Assembly: GCF_963921235.1 (NCBI RefSeq)
Contig: NC_086108.1
Span: 11,098,001 to 11,162,000 of the forward strand
Direction of reading: 5' to 3'
Length of the DNA stretch: 64,000 nucleotides
DNA from: Mobula hypostoma
Taxonomy: Eukaryota
A program made the position numbers and the translations under genes. The notes under the pieces are model-generated. The model searched no databases. It had not been told where the DNA came from and saw only the letters and a list, made by a program, of their open reading frames with translations. Shown piece after piece: positions 37,545 through 49,749 of this stretch. Every line of letters begins with the position of its first letter. Position 1 is the stretch's first letter.

Positions 37545-38355
37545 ACATAGAACAGAGAACGCTAGAGAACAGTGTAGGGCTTTTCATCCCATCTTGTTGT
37601 ACTAACCTTTTTTACCTACTCCAAGATCAATCAACCCCTTCCTTCCAACATAGCCCTCCATTTCTCGAGCATCCACATGTCTATCAAGAGTTTCTTAAAT
37701 GCCCTAATATGTCTCCCTCTACCCCCACCCCTGGCTGCACGTTCCATATGCCCACCATTCTCTGTGTAAAAATCCTACCTCTGACATCCCTGCTATACTT
37801 TCTTCCATTAACCTTAAAACTATGCTCCATCGTATTACCCATTTTTGTCCTGGGAAAAAGCCTCTGCCTCTCCTGATCTATGCCTCTTTTCATCTTGTTT
37901 ACCTCTATTAACTCACGCCTCATCCTTGTTCACTCCAAGGAGAAAAGTCTGCTACAAGATCATCATAGAACAGTACAGGCTTGTCACCCCATGATGTTGT
38001 ACCAAGCTTTAATCTACTCCAAGATTAATCTACTCCTTCCCCCCTCTTATTTTTCATCCTTGTACCTATCTAAGAGTCTGTTAACTATCTTAATGCATCC
38101 TCTTCTACCAACACCCCTGGCAGGGCATTCCACACACCCAACAGTCCCTGGTGAAATAACTACCTCTGACATCCCCCCTACACTTCCCTCCAATCACCTT
38201 AAAATTACACACCTTGTATTAGCCATTTCCACCCTGGGAAAATATTACTGGCTATTCACTCCATCTATGCTTCTTATCATCTTGTACATCTCTATCATAT
38301 CACCTCTCATCCTCCTTCGCTCCAAAGAGAAAAGCCTTAGCTCGCTCAACCTATC
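37545..38355 (-). mobile_element. Two tandem CR1 3' fragments
   Basis: MRRELIEVNKMKRGID..LFPR..FKVNG..FTQRMVGIWN. Confidence 0.8.
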
Positions 38356-38891
38356 CACAATCATCCTCGAGGCGAGGGACGAGTCAGTTCAGCTCACAGC
38401 TCCGGGATGTTTTCTCAGCTCTGCACTGACCAATGGGTCTCTGACTCTCCTTTCAGTTCAGAACGCTAATTGCTTGTGGTTGATGCTTGCATGATTTGTT
38501 TTCTTCTCTCTCTGCACATTGGCTGTTTGATAGCCTCCATTTCTTATGGGTTCTTATGGGTTTCTTTCTTTTGTGGCTGCCCGTCAGGACATGAATGTCA
38601 AGGTTGTAGAATATATACATACTTCAATAATCAATGTACTTAAAACTTTGAGACAAGTTCATCAACACAAACGGCTGATCTGGATGCTATCACAATGTGG
38701 TTTGTAAGAAGCTATTGTGCGAAAATTGATTCTGAAAGGTGATATAGGAATGCAAATCTTTTTTTCCCTGTTCCTTTCAATTTCTCCTGCATCTTTTCTC
38801 TTCAGCTGATCAATATTTTTTCTTTAACCTGTAGCTAAGATATCTCAATTACTGAGCACAATCCCTGAGAACATTGGAGCTTCCCACTCCG

Positions 38892-38936
<45 letters not shown>

Positions 38937-39154
38937 AGATTAGCTGGGTCATTACCAGTTCTGCTCCTTCAGCATCTTTGCTGACAACGACATGAAATGA
39001 AGGTCCTGTCAGCTGGTCAAGAGCAGTGAACTGTGAAACCGACGGATGATAGTTCGACAGGTTACTGTCTCCACAGAACACCAAGCCTGTTAAAGGGAAC
39101 TGTCTCCACAGGGAACTGCCTCCAGGGAGGATCCAGCCTGGTACAGGTAACTCC

Positions 39155-39349
39155 CTCCACAGAGGACCAAGCCAGTTACGGGTTATGGCCTCCACAGGGG
39201 ACCAAGCCAGTTACAGGTTACAACTTTCAGAGGGGACCAAGTCTGTTACAGGTTACAACTTTCACAGGGGACCAAGCCAGTTACAGGTTACAACTTTCAG
39301 AGGGGACCAAGTCTGTTACAGGTTACGGCCTCCACAGGGGACCAAGTCT
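39155..39349. repeat. 35-bp minisatellite with alternating variants
   Basis: tcacaggggaccaagccagttacaggttacaactt alternating with tcagaggggaccaagtctgttacaggttacaactt. Confidence 0.92.
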
Positions 39350-39799
39350 GCAGTGATTCTGTTTTCTCGATTCACATCAATCCAGGGTAGACTGACCTCC
39401 TACCAGTACTCTAACAAACACTTGGCCATCTAGTACTACAAATTTATTTTGTGTAGGAATGCAAGATTATACAAGACAGGTGTTCTAACAGGACACACAT
39501 AGAAGAGGTAACCGAAAGTTGCTGTCAGCTGGTTTGTTTAATGTGTTTGTGGATTCACACAGCGCCTTCCTGTGCCCAATAGTGTGAATCTGGAGTTGAA
39601 TTGCGTATCCAGTGCCTCACTGGGGAACCTGGTCAGCTTTCTGTGGCCTATTATGATACCTGGTGAATGTAATGGACTGGCTTCAAAGAGCTAAAGAAGC
39701 AAAGCCCCAACTGTGCTGCCATTTCAGAGATTTGCTGACATTTAGAACTGGGAGTGTCATTAGATTAAGGAGAATGATCTCCAGAATGAAACATATAAG

Positions 39800-40750
39800 G
39801 CGCGATTGATGGCTCTGGGCGTGTACTCACTGGAGTTTAGAAGAACGATGGGATCTCATCTGAAACCTATTGAATATTGAAAAGCTGAGATAAAGTGGAT
39901 AGATAGAGGATGTTTCTTAAAGTGGAAGAGTCGAAGACCAGAGGGCACAGCCTGAGAATAGAAAGATGTCCATTTAGAACACAGATGAGGAGGAATTTCT
40001 TTAGCCAGAGGGTGGTCAGTCTGTGGGATTGGTTGCCACAGGCGGCTGTGGAGGACAAGTGATTGGGTGTATTTAAAGTGGAGGTTGATAGGTCCTTCAT
40101 TAGTAGGGGAGTCAAATGTTACGGAGAGAAGGCAGATAAGTGGGGTTGAGAGAGAAAATAAATCAGCCATGATGTAATGGAGGAGCAGACTCCATGGGCT
40201 AAAGGGCCGAATTCTGCTCCTGCAGTATAGCTTATGCACTTAAGAAATTCTTCCATCCTGGAGTATCGTGTGCAGTTCTGGTCACCCACCTACAGGAAAG
40301 AGATCAATATGATAGAAGATTTACAAGGATGTTGCTGGGTCTGGAGGACCTGAGTTACAGGGTAAGATTGAATAGGTTAGGACTTTATTCTCTGGAGTGT
40401 AGGAGAATGAGGGGAGATTTGATAGAGGTATACAAAATTATGAGGGGCATCAATAGGGTAAATGCAAGTAGGTTTTTCCACTGAGTCTGAGTGAGACTGC
40501 AGCTAGAGGCCATGGGTTAAGGGTGAAAGGTGAGAAGTTTAAGGGGAACACGAAGGGAAACTTCTTCACTCAGAGGGTGGAACGAGCTGTCCGCACAACT
40601 GGAGAATCTGGGCTCGATTTCAACGTTTGAGAGAAGTTGAGATAGATACATGGGTAGGAGGATTACAGTCTAGCTGCAGGGCAATGCAATGAGACTAGGC
40701 AGAATAATAGTCTGGCACAGACTAGACGAACAGAAGGGACTCTTTCTGTG
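39800..40750 (+). mobile_element. Two consecutive CR1 3' fragments of different subfamilies
   Basis: 39800-40235 and 40255-40750 (LEYRVQFWSP..LYSLECRRMRGDLIEVYKIM). Confidence 0.85.
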
Positions 40751-42068
40751 CCGAAGTAATTCCCGATTCCATAATTATTTAAGAAAGTGTTTTGTGTTTT
40801 GCATTAATATTGACGGTGTTTACAGTTTGTCTGAATTAACGGCTCATGAGTTCTAGAAAGGAACGAAACACTCAGCATTTGACATGGAACTGCGCAAAGC
40901 AAAACGTGTTAATGTTTCAGCTTGGTGACCTTCCGGAAGCTCACAGTATCCCATGAGGTACAAACACTTCAGTGGCATACCACTGCCCATGGTCACTGTG
41001 AACATCACAGCTTTAGTCCTCTGTAAATAGTTGGCTACGCAAAAAGTAGCTCCCCAGAATAGCTCTACTTCCCTACAGCCTTCTGGACTGAGCCACAACC
41101 GTACATGATATTCTTCAAAGGGAAGTGGCCTCCATATTACTGAACCAGATGCAAAAACACAGCAGTGACTGCAGTCCCGCCTCAGCTTTAACCAGCATCG
41201 CAGCTCTGTAACAACCAGCGCCGGACGTTGGCACCTGGCGGAGGGTCCCAGTAACATTCACTGTGACTGCCGGGCCCAGAATTCAATGCTGAAGTAAGAG
41301 GTGATGTGTGTCTTCTGCTATATTATAGGGTCATAGAGCACTACAGCACAGAAACAGGCCCTTCAGCCCATCTAGTCCATGCTAAGTTATTGTTGTGCCT
41401 AATCCCATCAACCTGCACTTGAACTATAGTCCTTCTCTTCAACTAATTATTCAGATATCTCTTCCTGCACTGTATGAACAGTCTGTAAAACAAACTTTTC
41501 ACCGTATCTCAGTACATGTAACAATAACTGACCAAGTCCTGTTCCAGTTCTAATTCCAAGATGCTTCCCTCTTTGACTAACTTTTCTATCACTTACTCTG
41601 TAGCTTCCATATTCTGTCATAGGGACAGCTCAGAAACAGGCCCTTCAGCCCATCTAACCCATGCTGAACTGCATCGACCTGCACCCAGACCACAGTCCGA
41701 CGTACCCCTCCCAACCATAAAAACAGAACTCCCATGGCATATTCCTATGGTCAGGCAGCGTCTGTGGAAAGATCACCAGGTCCAGGACTGCAGCTGGGCC
41801 AGCACCCTGTTGAGGACAAATGGTCACAAGTTCAGCCTCGCAAGTCCAGTTACTGTTGACCAGCGGGGACAAGTTGTCTGGAACTCCAGGAAAAGGTGTT
41901 TATCTTCACTGGTGATTCTGGAGAAACGTACTCTAAAATAAATCCCCATGCCAAGTTAACAATTGTCGCAAGAAATTATTCTTTATTAAATGTTCAAGTG
42001 ATTACTAAATTGCAAATATTCCCTCAGCATGAAGTCAAGGTGGCCGCACAATCCAGCAGTCCATTGGT

Positions 42069-42573
42069 CTGGACTGACTCCCGGTGTGGGACTGACCAAT
42101 TGTCACTCCCGGTGTGGGACTGATCGGTCGTCACTCCTGGTGTGGGACTGACCCGTCGTCACTCCCGGTGTGGGACTGACCGGTCATCACTCCCGGTGTG
42201 ACACTGACCCGTCGTCATTCCCGGTGTGGGACTGACCGGTCGTCACTCCCGGTGTGGGACTGACCGGTCCTCACTCCCGGTGTGACACTGACCGGTCGTC
42301 ATTCCCGGTGTGGGATTGATCTGTTGTCACTCCCGGTGTGGGACTGGCCGGTCCTCACTCCCGGTGTGGGACTGACTGGTCGTCATGCCCGGTGTGGGAC
42401 CGATCTGTTGTCACTCCTGGTGTGGGACTGACCGGTCCTCACTCCCGGTGTGGGACTGACCGGTAGTCACTCCCAGTGTGGGACTGATCGGTTGTCGCCC
42501 CTGGTGTGGGACTGACCAATCATCACTCCTGGTGTGGGACTTACCAGTCAGTATTTCCAGTGTGGGACTGACT
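42069..42573. repeat. 28-bp CpG-rich minisatellite, ~17-18 copies
   Basis: Unit tcactcccggtgtgggactgaccggtcg. Confidence 0.97.
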
Positions 42574-43291
42574 GGAGGCTCCACCATTCCCCAGGCATGT
42601 TCCCCCCTTATTAGTCCATCACCTCACACTTACTGGAACTTAGTTCCTTCTGAAGATGCAGTGCCTAATGTACCAATCTATCAGAACCACTACACTATCT
42701 ATGGCACTCCTCTCATGCAATATTGAGTATCTTTCTGCTAAGTCTCACAAACACAATATCAGCACTGAGTGAATCTTTATCAAGCACACTGGGCAAGTTC
42801 ACCTCCGCTCCCACCAAAGATGGTAGGGGGCTTCCAACACACCATTTACAAAGTGTTCCTTTTGTACAGGAAAACAAGGCGAGGTTGCTATTTCCAGTGA
42901 GCTCAGTCTTTCTGATACATTTGCTGTAATACGTCATCCGCAGTTCACTCTTCTGTGCTACTTCCTTATCCTTGCACAATGTTCAGTGCATTGGGACTTG
43001 TAGTCACGTATTCCTTTAGTAAGCACATTTCTTGTAGTCACGTACGTATATTGCAACAAATTAGCTTAGCACTCTAGGATTTGTACAACTCCATTTTGTC
43101 ACATCAAATGTTTACAAAAATACAAAGTTCAATACATACTTTCACACCAACAACATAATGGTTTCTGAATTATCTGTGAATGGACCAATCTTACCTCCTA
43201 TTTTCATACCCAAATCTAGATAACAAGCACCGTTCCAACCACAGACACAAATCTCCATCACCCCGTCTCCTTATACCAAGCCAATTTCGGT

Positions 43292-43570
43292 GGACGGCAG
43301 ACAGGCATAGTGGTTAGCACAACGCTTTACAGAACCAGCGACACAGGTTCAATTCCTGCTGCTGCCTGTAAGCAAGTTTGTGTGTTCTCTCCGTGTCTGC
43401 ATGGGTTTTCTCCGGGTGCTCTTGTTTCCTCCCACAGTCAAAAGGTGTACCGGTTAGTAGATTCATTGGTCATTGTATATTGTCCCATGATTAGGCTAGG
43501 ATTAAATCGGGGGATTGCAGCGCAGCTCGAAGAGCTGGAAGGACCTATTCCGCACAGTATCTCAATCATC
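43292..43570 (+). mobile_element. V-SINE (HE1-like) tRNA-derived SINE
   Basis: tagtggttagcac A box, ggttcaattcc B box, V-domain-like gttctctccgtgtctgcatgggttttctccgggtgctc..tttcctcccacagtc. Confidence 0.85.
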
Positions 43571-43894
43571 AATAGGTAAATCATTTCTGTTTAAGGCGAC
43601 GGGGTCCAAGCCCAGAGCGTATTGATGTGACAGTGCCTAGGTTCTACAGCGAGGGATGATTTAAACACCAGGCCAGATGGAATGAAAAGGCCGGGTGTCG
43701 GGGTTTCTAGGCGAAGGTTAAGCCAGTTCTAGTCGCTGATTTGCAATGTTTACTCCTCCCTCCATGGCACTGAGGCTGTGTCACTGTGGGCCTGCTCTGG
43801 CTGCTCTGGGCTTCGTGTCTGCGAGCTCCCTGATGATTTGCCCCACTGTGTGATGAACTGAGTCTGAAGCTGTGGGCCTGCTCCCGGCTTTGTG

Positions 43895-44142
43895 GTTTCT
43901 TCAACCAGAGAGTGGTGAATCTGTGGAATTCATTGCCACAGATGGCTGCAGAGGCCAAGTCATCATGTATATTGATGGCAGAGGTTGATAGGTTCTTGAT
44001 TAGTCAGGGCATGAAAGGATATAGGGGGAAGGCAGGAGACTGCGGCTGAGAGGGAAAATGGATCTGCCATGATGAAATGGCAGAGCAGACTCAATGGGCC
44101 AAATGGCCTAATTCTGCATCAAATTCTTATGGTCTTATGGTC
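43895..44142 (+). mobile_element. CR1 3' end
   Basis: QRVVNLWNSLP and (ttatggtc) tail. Confidence 0.85.
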
Positions 44143-45099
44143 TACATGTACTTTGAACTTTGAACTTCAAAATCAATCAATCAATGCCACCTCCAGAACA
44201 TAAAGTTCAAATATGCCTGCATGTTCACAGCCAACAAATTGGAGGTGTGTGGTAATTTAAGAGTATTTGGTGATTCATACTCATCCCTTCATTAACATTT
44301 TCTTTGTTCCAATTATCAATATTCTGTGTCTAATCTCAGCCCTGGGTTCAACCAGTAAATAATAAACCAACTTCCTCCCTTGAGGTGACATTATCTAACA
44401 AGAGAAATGAAAAACTACAATCAACACACCAACCCCAGACTATGAATATTTTATCAAGGTGTTTAATTTTGTACTTTTCCTGTAAAATGGGAGGGTTTCT
44501 AGTTCCAGCTCTCCAGATAATAACATCTTGGGGGCAGTGAATAAATCTCTGCGTCAATATAGCAAGGAATAATTGTCTCGGTTTTATTCAAAATCCTCCA
44601 GAATTTGTAGAGCAGAGAACATCCAGCCACTGACTTCCAGACAGAGCAGGAGACCTCTGATAACCTGCTCTGCCCTCAACGTTACCGGTATCAGATGTAT
44701 ACCAGTAATCCGGTTTTGATTTCTCATCCAGACTGCTGTCTGCAGTTCTGGTCAACAGCCTGTGGGAAGGTTTAATGAGAGATTTAAGTGTTGCTAGGAA
44801 TATTTCAATTATTTGTTTTTTTTTCAGGAGCCAAGCCGGATGTCACAGCCATGGGTTCATACAGCACGGAAACTGGTCCTTTGACACACTACCTCTGTGC
44901 CAACCTTCTTATATTTTAGCCATATTGCATCCATTTTAGAACATAAGACATTATAGCAGAGTGCAAACCCTTCGGCCCATAATGCTGTGCTGCCCTCCTA
45001 CAGAGCTCTTCATTTTTCTGTCATCCCTGTGCCTGTCTAAGAGTTTCTTAAATGTCCCTAATGTATCTTCCTCTTCAACCACCCCAGCAGGACATTCCA

Positions 45100-45585
45100 T
45101 GCTGTTGTGAAATTGCTTGTTTTGTGGCAGCGGTACATTGCAATTCATAATACTAGAAGTATAAATAACAATAAGAAGTATATATATATAAAATTTAATT
45201 AAGTAATTACTGCAAAAAGTGAGGTAGTGTACATGGGTTCATTGTCCATTCAGAAATCTGATGGAAGAGGCAAAGAAGTTGTTCCTGAAATTCCTGAAGG
45301 GCTCCTGCACCACCTCCTTAACGGTGACAATGAGAAGAGAGCATGTCCTCGATGATGGGGGTCCTTAATGCTGGATGCTACCTTTTGAAAACCTCCTCAG
45401 TGCTGGAGATGTTGGTGTCCAGGATGGAGCTGGCTGAGGCTGCAGCCCTCTGCAGCTTGTTGCAATCCTATGCATTGCCCCCGCTCCATACCAGACAGTG
45501 ATGCAGCAAGAATGTCTGTAGGAATTTGTGAGAGTGTTTGGTGACGCACCAAACCTCCTCAAACTCCCAATGAAATATGGCCGCT
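45100..45585 (-). mobile_element. Rex-Babar 3' fragment
   Basis: RRFGASPNTLTNSY..CITVWYG. Confidence 0.75.
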
Positions 45586-45919
45586 ATGCAGCATCTATGG
45601 AGGGGATATAAGCAGTCAGTATTTTGGGACGAGACCCTTGACCAGAACTGGAAAGGAAGGAGTACAAGCAGATGATAGGTGATACCAGGTGAGGGAGAAG
45701 GTGGGTGGTTGGGGGAGGTGGGAGAGGTGAAGTGTACCCTGATTCTATGCAAACTGCCCCCACATTAGCTTCCTAAACACGGTGACTGGGTCCTCACCCT
45801 TCCCTCAAACAATCTCCTCCTGCCATTTGTAGGCAGCAGTTTTTGTGATCTCTGTAAAGTGCTGGACAACATTGGGTCATGGGTTTGGAAAAGCTCTAAG
45901 GGGGTAAGAGGACAATACA

Positions 45920-46297
45920 TAGGACCATAAGGTATAGGAGAAGAATTAATCCCTTTGGACCATCAAGTCTGCTCCACTATCTCATCATGGCTGATCCATT
46001 TTCCCTCTCAGCCCCAGTCTCCTGCCTTCACCCCGTATCTCTTCATGCCCTGAGGAATCAAGAACCTGTCAACATTCTGCCTTAAATATACCCAATGACT
46101 TGGCCTCCACAGCCACCTGTGGCAACAAATTCCACAGAGTCCCCACCTTCTGGCTAAAGAGATTGCTCCTCATCTCCATCCTAAATGGACGTCCCTCTAT
46201 TCTGAGGATGAGTCTCCTGATCTTAGACTCCTCCACCACAGGAAACATTCTCTCCACATCCACTCTATTGAGGCTTTTCACCATTCGATAGGTTTCC
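45920..46297 (-). mobile_element. CR1 3' end
   Basis: ETYRMVKSLNRVDVERMFPVV..LWNLLPQ. Confidence 0.88.
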
Positions 46298-46904
46298 GTC
46301 TGGGCTAGCCCACTCCTATTTCTGGCCCAAACAGTATTCACTCTTGTCCATTTACAGGAGGGAATTAATCAGGAGGGGTTCTATCTTTCTAAACTTCTAT
46401 AGACTTTAAACTTCTTCAGATGCACAGTGGAGAGTATCCTGACTGTTTACATCTCGGCCTGGTATGAAAGAGATGGATACAGCCCAGTTCATTACAGACA
46501 AAGCCCTCCCCACCTCTGAGCGCACCCACACGGAGCTCTACCGCAAGGTACAGCAACCATCATCAAAGACCCCTCCATCCAGGCCATGCTGTCTTCTCGC
46601 TATGACCATTGGGCAGGAGGTACAGAACAATGAGACATAAGGCATAGGAGCAGAATTAGGCCACTCAGCCCATCAAGTCTGCACCACCTTTTGGTTACTC
46701 ACAGTTATTACCCTATAACCATCAGGCTCCTGAAGCATTATGTCCTGGGTGATGGGGGCCCTTAATGTTGGATGCCTGGTTTTTGAGGCATTGCCTTTTG
46801 ACGATGTACTTGATGCTGGGGGGCCATTGTCCATGATGATGCTGGCTGAGTTTGCAACTTTCTGCAGCTTTTTCTCCATGCCAGACGGTGATGCAACCTA
46901 CATT

Positions 46905-47290
46905 CCACAGGGCAGTAATGAAGGTCCTTCGTCTCTGTCCTTGACCATCTTTCTCTTTTGTGCCCCAGGTGTGGTTCAGAGTCCTGATTTCTGCTTCTAG
47001 GGTACGGGGCCAAGATGTCTTTGGTCTCCCATGCGTCCTCCACCCCTCAGGGATCCAATGAACTGCTGTCTTGATGATGGAGGTGGCCTCTCTTCTCATC
47101 ATGAGTCCAATCCATCTCCAACATTCCCTCATGATGATTGCGTCCTTGTTCGCTTGGTGACGCTGAAGTGACCGCTTGGTGATGCTATGGGCAGAGATGT
47201 GAGCCTCCTCAGCCATCTTGACAGCCCCTTCATCTGTATCATACCAAGTGGGCAAATCATTCATGCCACGCTTTCCTCTGTGGTACAGCA
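46905..47290 (-). mobile_element. RTE LINE ORF C-terminus
   Basis: WRWIGLMMRRE..IIKTAVHWIPEGWR..GRPKTSWPRTLEAE..HTWG, typical RTE C-terminal R-x-x-GRP motif. Confidence 0.85.
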
Positions 47291-47309
47291 GTCTCACCCT
47301 CCAAGAGGA

Positions 47310-47722
47310 TCACATCCTTGTCACAGGGTTTGGAGACTTGAGTTCATCAATGACCCAGAGAGCAGTGCTGGCTGCAGTCAGGGCCTTGTGCTTTAACTCG
47401 TGGTAGGGTCACCCATGCCAAGCAGGTCAAAGAGCAAAGTCCAGACAAAGAGTGGTCCACTGGTCCTCCGGGTTCGGGGGGTTCAGCTCAGACTGGTAAA
47501 ACAAAATTGTTACGGAAACAGTAATGAAGAATCCTTCTATATCTGTGTGCGAAGGTATTTCTGAGGATTGACCAGGGACTTGCATGACTGACAGTGAAAA
47601 CTGAGAGGAAGCAACTAGCACAAAGAAGGAAGCCCTGAACACTGAAAAGGCAAAGGCCAAAATTGGTTTGGATGGCCAAGGACAGAGAGTGATGGAGGAC
47701 CTTGATTGCTGTCCTAAACCCT
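47310..47722 (+). mobile_element. Bipartite RTE-derived element
   Basis: Homolog of 1930-2245 with a longer middle. Confidence 0.65.
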
Positions 47723-47724
47723 GG

Positions 47725-48035
47725 TGGATGTCTCCTGTGGTGGGAGAGTCTAGGGCCATGGGGCACAGCCTCAGGATAGAGAAACGTCCATTTAGAATGG
47801 AGATGGGGAGGAATTTCTTTAGCCAGAGGTTGGTGAGCCTGTGGATTTCATTGCCACAGGGAGCTGTGGAGGACAGGTCATTGGGTATAATTAAGGCAGA
47901 GGTTGATAGGCTCTTGATTAGTTGGGGAATGAAGGGATATGGGGAGAAGACAGGAGATTGGAGCTGAGGGAAAATAGATCAGCCATGATGAAATGGTGGG
48001 GCAGCCTAGTTCTGCTCCTATACCTTATGGTCTTA
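47725..48035 (+). mobile_element. CR1 3' end
   Basis: GHSLRIEKRPFRMEMGRNFFSQR; tail. Confidence 0.85.
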
Positions 48036-48913
48036 CAAACACAGCGGAGCCTGTTCATTCTCTCCATTTGATTCTCTTTATCTCACTTTGGATGAAGTGA
48101 AACCTGGAGGGAGATGATTAACCTTCACCCATCCCATCGGTATCAGGAGGCTCCATCCCGGGATTTTCACTTTGTTCTGACTGTTCCCGCAGGTGGGGAT
48201 AAAGAGGCAGGCATGAATAAGTGTGCAAATTTTGTGCTGCTTTACCTCTGATGATTACATGTATTATTGAAACCCAATCTCCCAGCAAGTGTGGCTGCAG
48301 ACAGATTGTGAGAAATTGCGCCCCATGGCAAGCGTCCATCACTGAGGTTTAAATAATGCAGGCAGCTCCTGGCCGAGGGAGAGCTGGGCCCATTTTTGTT
48401 AATAACCACCCAGATACGGTTATGACTTCTTTTGTTAATAACAACCCAGATGTAAACCCAGTCTGCTCCATCATGGGCACCAGCCTCCCAGCATCCAGAC
48501 ATCTTCAAGGAGCGATGGCTCAAAAAAATGGCATCCATCGTTAAGGACCCCCAGTCTCCAGCCCCCTCCACCACCTCACCTGGCAGTGCATTCAGGCACC
48601 CAAACTCTATTATCTCATACGTTTCCTCTAAGCTTTCCCCTCTCACTTTAACCTTATGCCCACTAGTATTTAAAGTTCAAAGTAAATTTATTATCAAAGG
48701 ACAGATATATCACCATATACAACCCTGCTTCAGACTGTCCTGGAAATCAGAACTGGTGCCAATTGCATTAGAGATGAAATGGACTCAGAATAGGCACAAG
48801 CATAGAACCTAGAGCATAGAATGCAGGACATAGAATATAGGACATAGAATACAGTACATGGAACACAGAACATAGATCATAGAACATGGGACACAGAACA
48901 CTTGGCACGTTGG

Positions 48914-49285
48914 AGATACATCTCTACCAAAGGAGGTGTAAGGCACTCCTTCCCTTGGGACGCCTGCAGGTCACCCTTCGGCAAGGTGTAGCTCCTCCTT
49001 AGCCCCTTCACCTCCCCCCACCCCATCAGGGTCACAGGAAGCCATGGGAGCAGGTGGTGGATGGTCGTATGAGCAGTCGGTGCACATCACAAGTCCTGGT
49101 TATGTGACCACTGATGTCAGGCAGACAATCTCTGAAGAGTATTGGTAATGGCTGGGGTCACCTGTCTTCTAAAGACACTGCCCAGAAGAAGGCAATGGCA
49201 AATTTTGCTGTAGAAAAATTTGCCAAGAACAATTGTTGTCAAAGACCATGATTGCCCTCATCATTTGACACAGCACATAATGAAT
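48914..49285 (+). mobile_element. RTE-related non-autonomous family copy 2
   Basis: Homolog of 35190-35500 and 55588-55975; aatga tail. Confidence 0.7.
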
Positions 49286-49444
49286 GAACAAGACATCACT
49301 GGCCATTTTGATAAACAGACAAACACATCACAATATGTCTGCTCCTTCAGTTTCAAAGATGTTCATCAGAAGATCTGATAATCCTTGCTTCAGAGGTGGT
49401 AGAGTGACAGTTATCAGAACATTGTTCACATTCTCCTTCCTCAG

Positions 49445-49479
49445 CCCTGGCACTGTGGCCATCGCAGTTGATGATGTGT
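49445..49479 (+). CDS. Candidate 35-nt coding exon (PGTVAIAVDDV) of an unidentified gene
   Basis: ttctccttcctcAG acceptor and GTAAGG donor in non-repeat DNA; ends in phase 1, compatible with 62691. Confidence 0.4.
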
Positions 49480-49749
49480 GTAAGGAGTGAGATGTTTATC
49501 ACAGAAACACAAAGAACTTGTCATCCTGCCTCTAAAGGTTGCTAGCAAGGATGGGCTTCCCATCATTCAAGTCACAACACTGAAAGATCTACAAGCAATT
49601 CCCACCCAAGGTTCTGGGAGATCTGCCAGGTGATTTTTCACAACTGATCTGATGTTTACAAGGAACCTTTCCCTCACTGTGTTAAATCACATAGGATGTT
49701 ACTGTAATTGTCAACGTGAACAGAGACTGTCTACATCAGGGGAAGATAA

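Noticed and set aside
37880..38494. 204-aa hydrophobic ORF
   Set aside because: Antisense frame of CR1 fragments.
38835..38893. Possible exon KISQLLSTIPENIGASHSA after a long pyrimidine tract
   Set aside because: The only donor lies within a (GT)n microsatellite; no independent support.
39552..39590. gattcacac...gtgtgaatc inverted repeat as a miRNA-like hairpin
   Set aside because: Only a 9-bp stem; expected by chance in 64 kb.
40853..41257. 134-aa minus-strand ORF in unique DNA
   Set aside because: No recognisable domain or splice context; length is compatible with chance.
42600..43260. Possible host coding region
   Set aside because: Minus strand shows faint CR1 RT-like words (DLGMKIGGKIGPFTDNS, KCEVM); more likely an ancient LINE relic.
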